Below, one piece after another: positions 1 through 8,157 of a stretch of 32,000 bases of DNA. Position numbers and translations under genes: made by a program. The notes beneath the pieces are model-generated. The model worked only from the letters and a program-made list of their open reading frames with translations. It was not told where the DNA came from and ran no database searches. Position 1 is the first letter of the stretch, and each line of letters begins with the position of its first letter. Origin of the DNA: an uncultured Actinomycetes bacterium (lineage in GTDB: Bacteria; Actinomycetota; Actinomycetes; S36-B12; CAIYMF01); assembly GCA_963843975.1 (NCBI GenBank), contig CAWJMG010000001.1, positions 1,230,001 through 1,262,000 on the forward strand, written 5' to 3'.

Positions 1-494
1 GCGTCCTCGACCAGGGAACGGCTGCGGACACCGAGGCGACCGAGAGCGGCACGTCGGTCGCCGACCTGGTCGAGCAGCCGGCGAAGGTGATGCGCATCGG
101 CAGCATGATCAAGCAGCTGCTCGAGGAGGTCCGCGGGGCGCCGCTCGACGAGGCGTCGCGCGCGCGGCTGCGCGACATCCACCGTCGCTCGATCACCGAG
201 CTGGAATCAGGCCTCGCGCCCGAGCTGGTCGAGGAGCTCGAGCGGCTGTCGCTCCCCTTCACCGACGACTCGATCCCGACCGACGCCGAGCTGCGCATCG
301 CGCAGGCCCAGCTCGTCGGCTGGCTCGAGGGGCTGTTCCACGGCATCCAGACCGCGCTGTTCGCCCAGCAGATGGCCGCGCAGGCCCAGATCGAGCACAT
401 GCGCCGTCGTGCCATCGGTGGCCCGGGCGGCGGACCCGACGGAGCGGACGGCAGCGGCGACGGTCGCGGCGACTCCAGCGGCCTCTATCTCTAG
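1..494 (+). CDS. bpa: Bacterial proteasome activator Bpa/PafE (DUF2587), 5'-partial
   Basis: The frame with codons starting at 3 is open to the left window edge. The translation ...LVEQPAKVMRIGSMIKQLLEEVR...AELRIAQAQLVGWLEGLFHGIQTALFAQQMAA... with a C-terminal GLYL closely resembles mycobacterial Bpa (Rv3780), which ends in the GQYL docking motif. Stop TAG at 492-494. Confidence 0.85.
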   Translation, partial: VLDQGTAADTEATESGTSVADLVEQPAKVMRIGSMIKQLLEEVRGAPLDEASRARLRDIHRRSITELESGLAPELVEELERLSLPFTDDSIPTDAELRIAQAQLVGWLEGLFHGIQTALFAQQMAAQAQIEHMRRRAIGGPGGGPDGADGSGDGRGDSSGLYL

Positions 495-506
495 CCCCCT
501 CCCCTC

Positions 507-559
507 ACACTGATCAATCCGTCGTCTCCCGCCCTGGGAAACGACGGATTGATCAGTGT
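507..559. repeat. Long palindromic intergenic element, copy 1 (24-bp stem, 5-nt loop)
   Basis: ACACTGATCAATCCGTCGTCTCCC (507-530) pairs with GGGAAACGACGGATTGATCAGTGT (536-559) with 1 mismatch. The left flank is C-rich and the right flank G-rich. The same arm sequence recurs at 24737 and, split, at 21072/22191. Confidence 0.85.
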
Positions 560-621
560 CACGGGTAGGGGTGCTGCGGCCGGGAGGGATTCGGCGTGGT
601 GCGTCCCCGTAGGCTTGCGCC

Positions 622-1938
622 GTGATCGACCTCAAGCTCCTCCGAGACGACCCCGACCGTGTGCGCGAGAGCCAGCGCCGGCGCGGGGAGGACCCCGGCA
701 TCGTCGACCAGCTCCTCGACGCCGACGAGCTGCGGCGTGCGGCCGAGGCGTCGTTCAGCGCCCTGCGAGCCGAGCAGAACGCGCAGTCCAAGCACATCGG
801 GCACATCCAGGGCCGCCTGAAGAAGGCCTCGGACGACGAGGCCGCCGCCCTCCGGGCCGAGCTCGAGACGGCCATGGCCGGCACCGCTGACCTCGCCGAC
901 CGCGTCAAGGCTGCCGAGGCCCGCCGCGTCGGAGCGGAGGCCGAGGCCGCGCAGCTGCTCGGTCAGCTCGCCAACCTCATCGACGTCGACGCCCCGGTCG
1001 GCGGCGAGGACGACTTCGTCGTCATCGAGGAGGTCGGCGTTCGGCGCGACTTCGCGGCCGAGGGCATCACGGTCCTGGACCACGTCGACATCGGCGAGGC
1101 GCTCGGGGCGATCGACATCGAGCGCGGCGCCAAGGTCAGCGGCTCGCGCTTCTACTACCTCACCGGTGTCGGCGCGCTCCTCGAGCTCGCGCTCGTCAAC
1201 TACGCCATCGCGCTCGCATGCGGCAACGGCTTCACCCCGATGATCCCGCCCGCGCTCGTGAAGCCCGCGGCGATGGAGGGCACGGGCTTCCTCGGCCAGG
1301 CGGCCGAGAACGTCTACCGCCTCGAGCAGGACGACATGTACCTCGTCGGCACTGCCGAGGTGCCGCTGGCGGCGTACCACTCGGACGAGATCCTCGACGC
1401 CGACACCCTCCCCCGCCGGTACGTCGGCTACTCCCCCAGCTACCGCCGCGAGGCCGGCTCGGGCGGTCGCGACACCCGTGGCATCTTCCGCGTGCACTGG
1501 TTCGACAAGGTCGAGATGTTCACCTACAGCACCCCCGAGGATGCCGCCGAGGAGCACAAGCGCCTGCTCGGCTGGGAGCGCCAGTTCCTCGACAGCCTCG
1601 AGATCCCGTACCGCGTCATCGACGTCGCTTCCGGCGACCTCGGCGCGAGCGCCGCGCGCAAGTTCGACATCGAGGCGTGGGTGCCGAGCCAGGAGCGCTA
1701 CCGCGAGGTCACCTCGACCTCGAACTGCACGGAGTTCCAGGCCCGACGCCTGCGCATCCGCATGCGCGACGAGGACGGCGTACGCCCCCTCGCCACGCTC
1801 AACGGCACGCTCGTCGCCGTCACCCGCACGATCGTCGCGCTGCTCGAGAACCACCAGCAGGCCGACGGGTCCGTGCGCGTGCCGGAGGCGCTGCGCCCGT
1901 ACCTCGGCGGCCGCGAGTTCCTCACCCCCCTCGCCTGA
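622..1938 (+). CDS. serS: Seryl-tRNA synthetase
   Basis: 438-aa ORF with GTG start. It has the N-terminal coiled-coil arm ([17 protein letters not shown]...) and class II core motifs ([46 protein letters not shown]). Confidence 0.96.
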   Translation: MIDLKLLRDDPDRVRESQRRRGEDPGIVDQLLDADELRRAAEASFSALRAEQNAQSKHIGHIQGRLKKASDDEAAALRAELETAMAGTADLADRVKAAEARRVGAEAEAAQLLGQLANLIDVDAPVGGEDDFVVIEEVGVRRDFAAEGITVLDHVDIGEALGAIDIERGAKVSGSRFYYLTGVGALLELALVNYAIALACGNGFTPMIPPALVKPAAMEGTGFLGQAAENVYRLEQDDMYLVGTAEVPLAAYHSDEILDADTLPRRYVGYSPSYRREAGSGGRDTRGIFRVHWFDKVEMFTYSTPEDAAEEHKRLLGWERQFLDSLEIPYRVIDVASGDLGASAARKFDIEAWVPSQERYREVTSTSNCTEFQARRLRIRMRDEDGVRPLATLNGTLVAVTRTIVALLENHQQADGSVRVPEALRPYLGGREFLTPLA

Positions 1939-1958
1939 CCGGTTCCAGGTATCTGCGC

Positions 1959-2080
1959 GGCGAATCCGTCGCAGAGCGCTGGCTCGTTACCCGGGTAACG
2001 CGGCGCTCGGGAGCCTGGGTGGCGAATCCGTCGCAGAGCGCACGCCCGTTACCCGGGTAGAACGGCGTTACGGCGAACCC
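1959..2080. repeat. Two tandem copies of a ~62-bp intergenic repeat with palindromic core CGTTACCCGGGTA(AC)G
   Basis: GGCGAATCCGTCGCAGAGCGC occurs at 1959-1979 and again at 2021-2041. Each copy is followed by CGTTACCCGGGTA. In copy 1, CGTTACCCGGGTAACG is a perfect 16-bp palindrome. Confidence 0.75.
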
Positions 2081-2107
2081 GGTGGACGCGGCCGCGAGGA
2101 TGGGCGC

Positions 2108-2674
2108 ATGACTGATCGCGACGCCGAGAAGCCCGCGCTCCCCGACGTGCTCGTGGGATCGTGGCTCGACCTCGTGCTCGTCACGGTCGAGCAGCTGCTC
2201 ACCCGGGCCGACGACCACGACGGCGACCCCGCGCCGCTGGCGTACGACGACCCCACCGACATCCTGTCGCCGGAGAACTCCCCGATCCGGTGGCGCATCC
2301 CGATGGTCCGCGAGGACCCGTGGTCGAACCCGTGGCTCATCCGCCTGGCGGTCGAGCGCGAGTCGGGCACGATCGTCGGCCTCGGCAACTTCCACGCGCC
2401 GCCCGACGCGCGCGGCATGGTCGAGATCGGCTACCGCGTCCTGCCCGCCCACCGCCGTCGCGGCTACGGCCGCGAGATTGCGCAGACGATGTGGAAGTAC
2501 GCCGCCGCCCATCCGGACGTGCGCGTCCTGCGCGCGAGCGTCTCGCCCGACAACACCGCCTCGCTCGCGATCGTGCACGCGGCCGGCCTGGTGAAGGTCG
2601 GCGAGGAGTGGGACGACGAGGACGGCCTCGAGCACGTCTTCGAGGTCGCGGCCCGCGACGCAACCCTCGACTGA
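2108..2674 (+). CDS. GNAT family N-acetyltransferase
   Basis: ATG at 2108 lies inside the longer ORF 1478..2674. The upstream part of that ORF overlaps serS and is Arg/Ser/Pro-rich junk. The motif-A-like segment is RRRGYGREIAQTMWKYAAAH...ASVSPDNTASLAIVHAAGL. Confidence 0.8.
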   Translation: MTDRDAEKPALPDVLVGSWLDLVLVTVEQLLTRADDHDGDPAPLAYDDPTDILSPENSPIRWRIPMVREDPWSNPWLIRLAVERESGTIVGLGNFHAPPDARGMVEIGYRVLPAHRRRGYGREIAQTMWKYAAAHPDVRVLRASVSPDNTASLAIVHAAGLVKVGEEWDDEDGLEHVFEVAARDATLD

Positions 2675-2677
2675 GCG

Positions 2678-3160
2678 TCAGTCGAGGCGCTTGGCCATCT
2701 GGATGCCGGTGACCTCGAAGCCCATCTGCTCGTAGAGCGCCTGCGCCCCGCGGTTGTGGCCGAACACGTTGAGCCCGACCGACACGACGCCGAGCGCGCG
2801 GCACTCGGCCTCGGCGGCGAGCATGATCGCGCGGCCGTAGCCCGAGCGCCGCAGGTCCTCCCGCACGGCGAAGTCGTAGCCGAACGCCGTCAGCCCCTCG
2901 GAGGTCGGCCGCAGGTGCAGCCACAGCATCCCCACGGCTCCATCGGCACCGGAGGCGTCGTACGCCGTCCAGAACAGGTGCCCCTCGGTGTCGAAGCCGT
3001 CGGGCAGGATCCGCGCGAAGTCGGCCGTGGCCTTCTCCACCGCCTCGGCCTCGGGCATCGAGCCGGAGTCGCGGATGCTGTCGGCGTACTCGCGCTCGGC
3101 CGTGACGCGGTAGGCGTCGTACTCGTCACGGGACATCGGCTCGAGCCGCACGCTGACCAT
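2678..3160 (-). CDS. GNAT family N-acetyltransferase
   Basis: Internal ATG (CAT at 3158-3160) gives MVSVRLEPMSRDEYDAYR...VREDLRRSGYGRAIMLAAEAECRALG...NRGAQALYEQMGFE, a typical GNAT core. The upstream extension of the ORF looks non-coding. Confidence 0.8.
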   Translation of the reverse strand: MVSVRLEPMSRDEYDAYRVTAEREYADSIRDSGSMPEAEAVEKATADFARILPDGFDTEGHLFWTAYDASGADGAVGMLWLHLRPTSEGLTAFGYDFAVREDLRRSGYGRAIMLAAEAECRALGVVSVGLNVFGHNRGAQALYEQMGFEVTGIQMAKRLD

Positions 3161-3336
3161 GTGCGTGACGCTAGCCGCGCCCACCGACGTAGCGCGACCG
3201 CGATCGTCGTACGCCGTCAGCGCGCGCGACGCGCCGACAACCGCGGGAGCGTGACCCGTCAGACACCGCACGCACCCGAGCGCGCGCGGAGGTGGACACG
3301 GGGTGGACGATCGACCTGAGCCCCTGGAGGCGACTG

Positions 3337-3822
3337 ATGAAGCTCGACACCACGCTGCGCACTCTGCGCGACCACATCCTCGACGACGCGTCCGCCGAGC
3401 TGGCACAGCTCCAGCTCCACCACTACGAGTCCGCCGGCCCCGAGTTCACCCGGGCGCGGCTCGAGAGCCTGTACGACCTCGTGCAGGCAGCGATCGGCCA
3501 CCGCGACGTGGCCGCGATCATCGCGTACGCCGACGCCGTCGCCGAGGAGCGGTTCGCCGCCGGCTTCGACGTCTCCGAGGTCCAGCACGCCTTCAACGTG
3601 CTGGAGTCGGCCATGTGGCGCCAGGTCGTGCCGGCCGAGGAGCCGGAAGACCTCGCGGAGTCCGTCGGCCTGCTCAGCACGGTGTTCGGCATCGCCAAGG
3701 ACGCGCTGGCCCGTCGCTACGTGACCCTCGCGTCCAAGCACCGCGTGACCTCGCTCGACCTGTCGGCGCTCTTCGCCGGCACCAACTCCCTCGCGGGCGC
3801 TGCCGAGCAGATCGACGGCTGA
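3337..3822 (+). CDS. Hypothetical protein, RsbRD N-terminal-like helical domain
   Basis: ATG at 3337 is preceded by GGAGG at 3326-3330. The all-helical 161-aa product (MKLDTTLRTLRDHILDDASAELAQLQL...) resembles N-terminal sensor domains of RsbR-type stressosome proteins. The assignment is tentative. Confidence 0.5.
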   Translation: MKLDTTLRTLRDHILDDASAELAQLQLHHYESAGPEFTRARLESLYDLVQAAIGHRDVAAIIAYADAVAEERFAAGFDVSEVQHAFNVLESAMWRQVVPAEEPEDLAESVGLLSTVFGIAKDALARRYVTLASKHRVTSLDLSALFAGTNSLAGAAEQIDG

Positions 3823-3842
3823 GCCAGCGCCACGTCGCTGGC
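3823..3842. terminator. Short hairpin between convergent genes
   Basis: GCCAGCG-ccacgt-CGCTGGC lies between the stop at 3822 (+) and the stop at 3845 (-). There is no U-tract. Confidence 0.35.
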
Positions 3843-3844
3843 GG

Positions 3845-4459
3845 TCAGCCGCCGACGGGGCGCCACATCGTCGTGACGACCGCGCCGTTGCTCGGGTGCT
3901 CGAACCTGCCCACGGGCCGGTAGCCGACACCCTCGTACCGCCTGTCGTTCGCGGGGTTCGACGACTCGAGGTACGTCGGGAAGCCGGCGGCATCGATGTG
4001 CGCGAGGTCGTCCCTCAGCAACGCCATGCCGATCCCGCGCCCGCGGCTCTCGGGCTTCGTCGCGAACAGCGACAGGTAGAAGTGCGGCTCGTCGTGCGGG
4101 TGCGCGGCCTCGAACCGGTCGAACAGCTCGACCAGGTCGTCGACCGAGCCGGGCAGCTCGGCGCGCAGGAGCGCGAGCACCTCGTCGAACTGCTCCGGGC
4201 TCAGCTCGTCCTCGCCCGGCGGGATCCACACGGTGACGGCGTCGCCGTCGCCCGCGATGCCCGGGCTGGGGAACCGCAGCGCCCCGGCGACGTAGATGTC
4301 CCAATAGGGACGCAGGTGGTCGGTGCGGCCATCGGGCCGCGCCAGCGCCGGTCCCCAGAGCGGGTCGGTGGCGAAGGCTCGGGTGATGATGTCGCCGATG
4401 AGGTCGGCGTCCTCGGTCGTGGCACGTCGCTGGTCCACGGGTATCTCCTCCGTGGGCAT
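3845..4459 (-). CDS. GNAT family N-acetyltransferase
   Basis: Start chosen at MPTEEIPVDQRR (CAT at 4457-4459). The core is FYLSLFATKPESRGRGIGMALLRDDLAHIDAAGFPTYLESSNPANDRRYEGVGY. Confidence 0.75.
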   Translation of the reverse strand: MPTEEIPVDQRRATTEDADLIGDIITRAFATDPLWGPALARPDGRTDHLRPYWDIYVAGALRFPSPGIAGDGDAVTVWIPPGEDELSPEQFDEVLALLRAELPGSVDDLVELFDRFEAAHPHDEPHFYLSLFATKPESRGRGIGMALLRDDLAHIDAAGFPTYLESSNPANDRRYEGVGYRPVGRFEHPSNGAVVTTMWRPVGG

Positions 4460-4551
4460 CCTCGCTGTCCGGCGCGGACGGCGTCCATCGGTTTGCCGGC
4501 CACCGCGCGGCATCTCCTGCGTCGCCCCGACGGGCGTGGCAGGCTCCGCCC

Positions 4552-6063
4552 GTGACCCACCCCCACGCCTCCCTCGACCCGCACGCCGCCAGCGCCGACC
4601 TCGGGTTCACCGACGCCGCCGCCCTGGCCGACGAGCTCGCCGCCGGACGCACCACGTCGGTCGAGATCGTCCGCACGCTCCTCGGCCGGATCGAGGCGGT
4701 CGACGGCCCCGGCGCGGTCCACCTGCGCTCGATCCTCGCCATCTGCCCGGACGCCCTCGAGCAGGCCGAGCGGCTGGACGCCGAGCGTGCGGCCGGCACG
4801 CGGCGGAGCGCGCTGCACGGAGTACCCGTCGTGGTGAAGGACAACGTCGAGGTGCTCGGGATGCCGGCGTCGGCCGGATCGCACTTCTTCGACGGCCGGC
4901 CCGCGACGCGCGACGCACCGATCGTCGCCTCGATGCGGGCGGCCGGGCTGATCGTGCTCGGGGTGACCAACCTGTCCGAGTGGGCCAACCTGCGCTCCAA
5001 CCGGTCGACGTCCGGCTGGTCGGCCTTGGGTGGCCTCACCGGCAACCCGTGGGCGCTCGACCGCAGCGCGGGCGGGTCGTCGTCCGGCAGCGGAGCCGCC
5101 GTCGCAGCCGGCCTCGCACCGCTCGCGATCGGAACCGAGACCGACGGCTCGATCACCTGCCCGAGCTCGCTCAACGGGATCACCGGCCTCAAGCCCACGC
5201 TCGGCCTCGTGCCGACCGCGGGCATCGTGCCGATCAGCGCGAGCCAGGACATGCCCGGCCCGATGGCCCGCTCGGTTCGCGACGTCGCGCTGCTGCTCGA
5301 CGCCCTGACCGGCTCGGCGTCGTACGCCGCCGCGATCGGCAGCCTGGCCGCCGACGACATCACCCTCGGCGTCGCCAACTCCTGGCTGTCCGGCCACATC
5401 GCGACCGACGACGTGTTCCTCGGAGTCACGCAGGCGCTCTTCGACGGCGGCGTCACGCTCGTGACGTCGGAGGTCACGCACACGAGCGAGTACGAGGACA
5501 ACGAGCTCGTCGTGCTCGTCGGCGAGATGCTCGACGACATGAACTCCTACCTCGTCGACCGGCTCGGCGAGGGTGCTCCGACGATGGCCGACATCGTGGA
5601 GTTCAACCGCGAGAACGCCGACACCGAGCTCGCCTTCTTCGGGCAGGAGCTGCTCGAGATGGCGCTCGCGTCCGGCGGCCGTGCCGGCGAGACGTACGAG
5701 GAGGCACGGCAGATCTGCCTCGACTGGGCAGTCACGAAGAACCTCCAGGCCGCGTTCGACGCGGACGACGACATCGACCTGCTCATCGCGCCGGCGTACT
5801 GCCCGGCGTGGAAGAGCGACCTCACCAACGGCGACCACTTCCCGGGCGGCGGCCTGGCGAGCCCGGCGCCGTCCATCGCGGGCTGGCCCGTGCTGTGCCT
5901 GCCGATGGGGTTCGTCGACGGCCTCCCCGTCGGCCTCACGCTGATCGGGCGGCCGCACACCGAGGCGACGCTCGTCGCCGTCGGGCACGTGGTCGAGGAG
6001 ATCCTCGGGCTGCGTGCCGACGGCGCGCTGCGCCCGACGTTCACCCCCGCCACCCGCGGCTGA
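4552..6063 (+). CDS. Amidase (amidase-signature family)
   Basis: 503 aa. The AS signature GGSSSGSGAAVAAGLAPLAIGTETDGSITCPSSLNGITGLKPTLG is present, with the catalytic Lys context VPVVVKDN. Confidence 0.9.
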   Translation: MTHPHASLDPHAASADLGFTDAAALADELAAGRTTSVEIVRTLLGRIEAVDGPGAVHLRSILAICPDALEQAERLDAERAAGTRRSALHGVPVVVKDNVEVLGMPASAGSHFFDGRPATRDAPIVASMRAAGLIVLGVTNLSEWANLRSNRSTSGWSALGGLTGNPWALDRSAGGSSSGSGAAVAAGLAPLAIGTETDGSITCPSSLNGITGLKPTLGLVPTAGIVPISASQDMPGPMARSVRDVALLLDALTGSASYAAAIGSLAADDITLGVANSWLSGHIATDDVFLGVTQALFDGGVTLVTSEVTHTSEYEDNELVVLVGEMLDDMNSYLVDRLGEGAPTMADIVEFNRENADTELAFFGQELLEMALASGGRAGETYEEARQICLDWAVTKNLQAAFDADDDIDLLIAPAYCPAWKSDLTNGDHFPGGGLASPAPSIAGWPVLCLPMGFVDGLPVGLTLIGRPHTEATLVAVGHVVEEILGLRADGALRPTFTPATRG

Positions 6064-6109
6064 GCGGAGGCAATTCGCCTGGCGGAGCGGGGCACGGCAG
6101 GCTGGTGCC

Positions 6110-6985
6110 GTGGTGGACCGCAGCTGGCGCGACCTGGTGGACTCGGTGCCCGGCGGCGTGCGGATGGTGGCCACCGACCTCGACGGCACACTGCTGCGCC
6201 CCGACAACACGGTCTCGCCCGGCACGGTCGCGGCGTTCGCGTCGGCCCGGGAAGCAGGGTTCCCCGTCGTGTTCGTGACGGGGAGGCCGCCACGCTGGCT
6301 CCCTCCCGTGGTCGAGGCGACCGGGCACGCGGGGATCGGCGTGTGCGCGAACGGTGCGCTCGTCATCGACCTCGACACCAGTGAGGTGCTCGAGACGCAC
6401 CCGATCTCCTACGACGTCATCGCCGAGACCGTGGCGGTGCTGCGCTCAGAGATCGAGGGTGTCGCCTTCGCCCTCGAGTGGGACAGCCCGTCCGACTCCG
6501 ACGACTTCGCGCACGAGCCGTCGTACCGCGCCCGCTACCGCGTCGCCGGAGTCGAGCACGGCGACATCCTCGAGCTCGCCGGGCGCCATCCGGTGATCAA
6601 GCTCCTCGCGCGCATCGACGGCGGCGACCATCCCGCGCGGCACGACGTCGACGCCCTCCTCGCGACGACCCTCGGGCACGTCAGCCACCTGGTCACCGCG
6701 ACGCACTCGGCGTCGGACGACGTCCTCATCGAGATGAGCGCCCTCGGGGTGAGCAAGGGAGCGGCCCTCGCCCACCAGGCCGCGCGGCTCGGCGTACCGC
6801 TGGCCTCCGTGGCTGCCGTCGGCGACATGCCCAACGACGTCCCGATGCTGCTCGAGGCGGGCGTGGGCCTCGCGGTCGAGACCGGCCACCCGGCCGTCCG
6901 GGCCGCTGCCGACGCGCTGCTCCCCGGCCCCGAAGACGACGGCGTCGCCCAGCTCGTCGAAGCGGCCCTCGCAGCCCAGCCCTGA
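6110..6985 (+). CDS. HAD-IIB (Cof-type) hydrolase
   Basis: MVATDLDGTLL (motif I), VFVTGRPP, and GDMPNDVPMLLEAGVGLAV (motif IV). The start is uncertain: GTG 6110/6113 or ATG 6164. Confidence 0.8.
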   Translation: MVDRSWRDLVDSVPGGVRMVATDLDGTLLRPDNTVSPGTVAAFASAREAGFPVVFVTGRPPRWLPPVVEATGHAGIGVCANGALVIDLDTSEVLETHPISYDVIAETVAVLRSEIEGVAFALEWDSPSDSDDFAHEPSYRARYRVAGVEHGDILELAGRHPVIKLLARIDGGDHPARHDVDALLATTLGHVSHLVTATHSASDDVLIEMSALGVSKGAALAHQAARLGVPLASVAAVGDMPNDVPMLLEAGVGLAVETGHPAVRAAADALLPGPEDDGVAQLVEAALAAQP

Positions 6986-7184
6986 CCATCTCAAACCCCG
7001 TGAGCGCTGAGACGCTGGTCACACCGGGTAGCCGTAACGCCCGCTCCGGAGCCGCCGCGACCTGCGGAGATGTCCGTTTCGTCCATTCCGTTACCGTCCC
7101 GTGACCGGACGCTCGTTTTGCGCCCTCCCGGGGGGCGTTGCCTACCGTCTGTGAGTCACCTGTTCCTGTCCGGGTTCGCCGGGC

Positions 7185-7335
7185 ACGGGTGACGCGCTCA
7201 ATCGCCGGTGGCTCTCACCGCCGGCGAGCCGGGGACCCAAGCACTCCGGGGCGAATCACGGCTAGGCCTCACCGCCTGCCGCGTAGGGCACCTCTTAGCC
7301 CGAGCCCGTCAGCTAACCCGGTCGGCGACAAGAGG
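7185..7335 (+). promoter_or_regulatory. c-di-AMP (ydaO/yuaA-type) riboswitch
   Basis: The conserved blocks appear in the expected order: CGCUCAAUC, GGGGACCCAA, CCGGGGCGAAUC, GUAGGG, and GCCCGAGCCCGUCAGCUAACCCGGUCGGCG. The element sits directly upstream of an NlpC/P60 gene, the classical actinobacterial context. Confidence 0.85.
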
Positions 7336-7346
7336 AATGGACACCT

Positions 7347-7976
7347 GTGCCCACCGTGCTCTCCGCTGCGCGCCGCCGCGCTCTGCCCGCCACGCTCGTC
7401 GTCTCGGCCGCCCTGACCCTCGGCCTCGCCGGCGCCAGCACCGCCTCGGCGGACTCGCTGCCCACGGCCACCGTCACGCCGGTCACCACCGTCGCCCTCA
7501 CCGCGACGCCGACCGCCGCCACGGCCGCCGCCCGCACCGCCGCAGCGACCGCGACGACTGCTGCCGCCACCGTGCTGACGGCCGCCCAGGTCCGCGCTCG
7601 GGTCAAGGCCATCAAGCGCTGGCGCGCGGTATCGCTCGCCAAGACCAAGCTCGGTGCGTCGTACGTCGCCGGCATGTCCGGCCCGACGAAGTTCGACTGC
7701 TCGGGCCTCACGCGCTACATCGCGCGCCACGCCTTCGGCAAGTCGCTCCCCCACTACTCGCGCGCGCAGTTCTACTCCGGCGTCCGGGTGCAGAAGAAGT
7801 ACATGAAGCCCGGCGACCTCGTCTTCTTCTTCAAGCGCGGCGCGCACCACGTCGGCCTGTACGTCGGCAACGGCAAGATGATCAGCGCCACCAACCCGCG
7901 CAGCGACGTGAAGGTCGACTACGTCTTCAGCGGCTGGTACGGCTCGCGCTACAGCGGCGCCGTCCGCCTCGTCTGA
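7347..7976 (+). CDS. Secreted NlpC/P60 (C40) peptidoglycan endopeptidase
   Basis: The signal peptide is ...LGLAGASTASA, followed by an Ala/Thr-rich linker. The catalytic core is FDCSGLTRYIARHAF...GDLVFFFKRGAHHVGLYVGNGKMISA. GTG start follows AAGAGGA. Confidence 0.9.
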   Translation: MPTVLSAARRRALPATLVVSAALTLGLAGASTASADSLPTATVTPVTTVALTATPTAATAAARTAAATATTAAATVLTAAQVRARVKAIKRWRAVSLAKTKLGASYVAGMSGPTKFDCSGLTRYIARHAFGKSLPHYSRAQFYSGVRVQKKYMKPGDLVFFFKRGAHHVGLYVGNGKMISATNPRSDVKVDYVFSGWYGSRYSGAVRLV

Positions 7977-8007
7977 CGCTCCGGCACACCCCAGTACCTC
8001 CCTCTCC

Positions 8008-8042
8008 GAAGGCCCGGCCCCCCGCAACGGGGCCGGGCCTTC
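8008..8042 (+). terminator. GC-rich hairpin terminator after the NlpC/P60 gene
   Basis: GAAGGCCCGGCCCC-ccgcaac-GGGGCCGGGCCTTC is a perfect 14-bp stem. It lies 32 nt after the stop. Confidence 0.6.
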
Positions 8043-8110
8043 GCCCTTGTCCGTCCCCAGCCGCGGACCGCAGCGTGAGGAGCAACACCTGCCGTGGACT
8101 GGACGGAGGA

Positions 8111-8127
8111 ATACCCTAGGGGGGTAC
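8111..8127. promoter_or_regulatory. Probable CsoR operator
   Basis: ATACCCTAGGGGGGTAC is a GC-rich pseudopalindrome of the TACCC-N-GGGTA type known from CsoR operators (e.g. B. subtilis copZA). It lies ~30 bp upstream of the csoR start. Confidence 0.6.
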
Positions 8128-8157
8128 CCTGGTTCCACCGGACCAGGAGGTACGACG

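Noticed and set aside
507-559. The palindromic elements as MITEs derived from the IS30 element, with the hairpin arms acting as IS terminal repeats.
   Set aside because: The IS has its own better-matching inverted repeats (CGKTCTCAA...GTTGCAC, 17/22) internal to the hairpin arms, and those are unrelated to the arm sequence. Excising the IS restores a normal hairpin copy. Insertion into the repeat is therefore the simpler reading. Not fully excluded without other IS copies.
495-621. T-box or other leader regulating serS.
   Set aside because: The only structure is the 24-bp-stem palindromic repeat, which also occurs at unrelated loci. No specifier loop or T-box consensus is visible.
559-1854. 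Large antisense or overlapping ORFs. Examples are 559..1854 (-), 4201..6378 (-), 8770..10416 (-), 12790..14388 (-), 14799..16940 (+), 24499..26187 (-) and 27349..28983 (-).
   Set aside because: These are typical shadow ORFs of a stop-poor, high-G+C genome. Their translations are Arg/Pro/Ala/Gly-rich low-complexity strings. They overlap ORFs with clear family signatures, and their third-position G+C is lower than that of the opposing or alternative frame.
1959-2080. Possible CRISPR array or spacer-repeat structure.
   Set aside because: There are only two directly adjacent units with no unique spacers between them. No cas genes are present. No other CRISPR-like periodicity was seen in the window.
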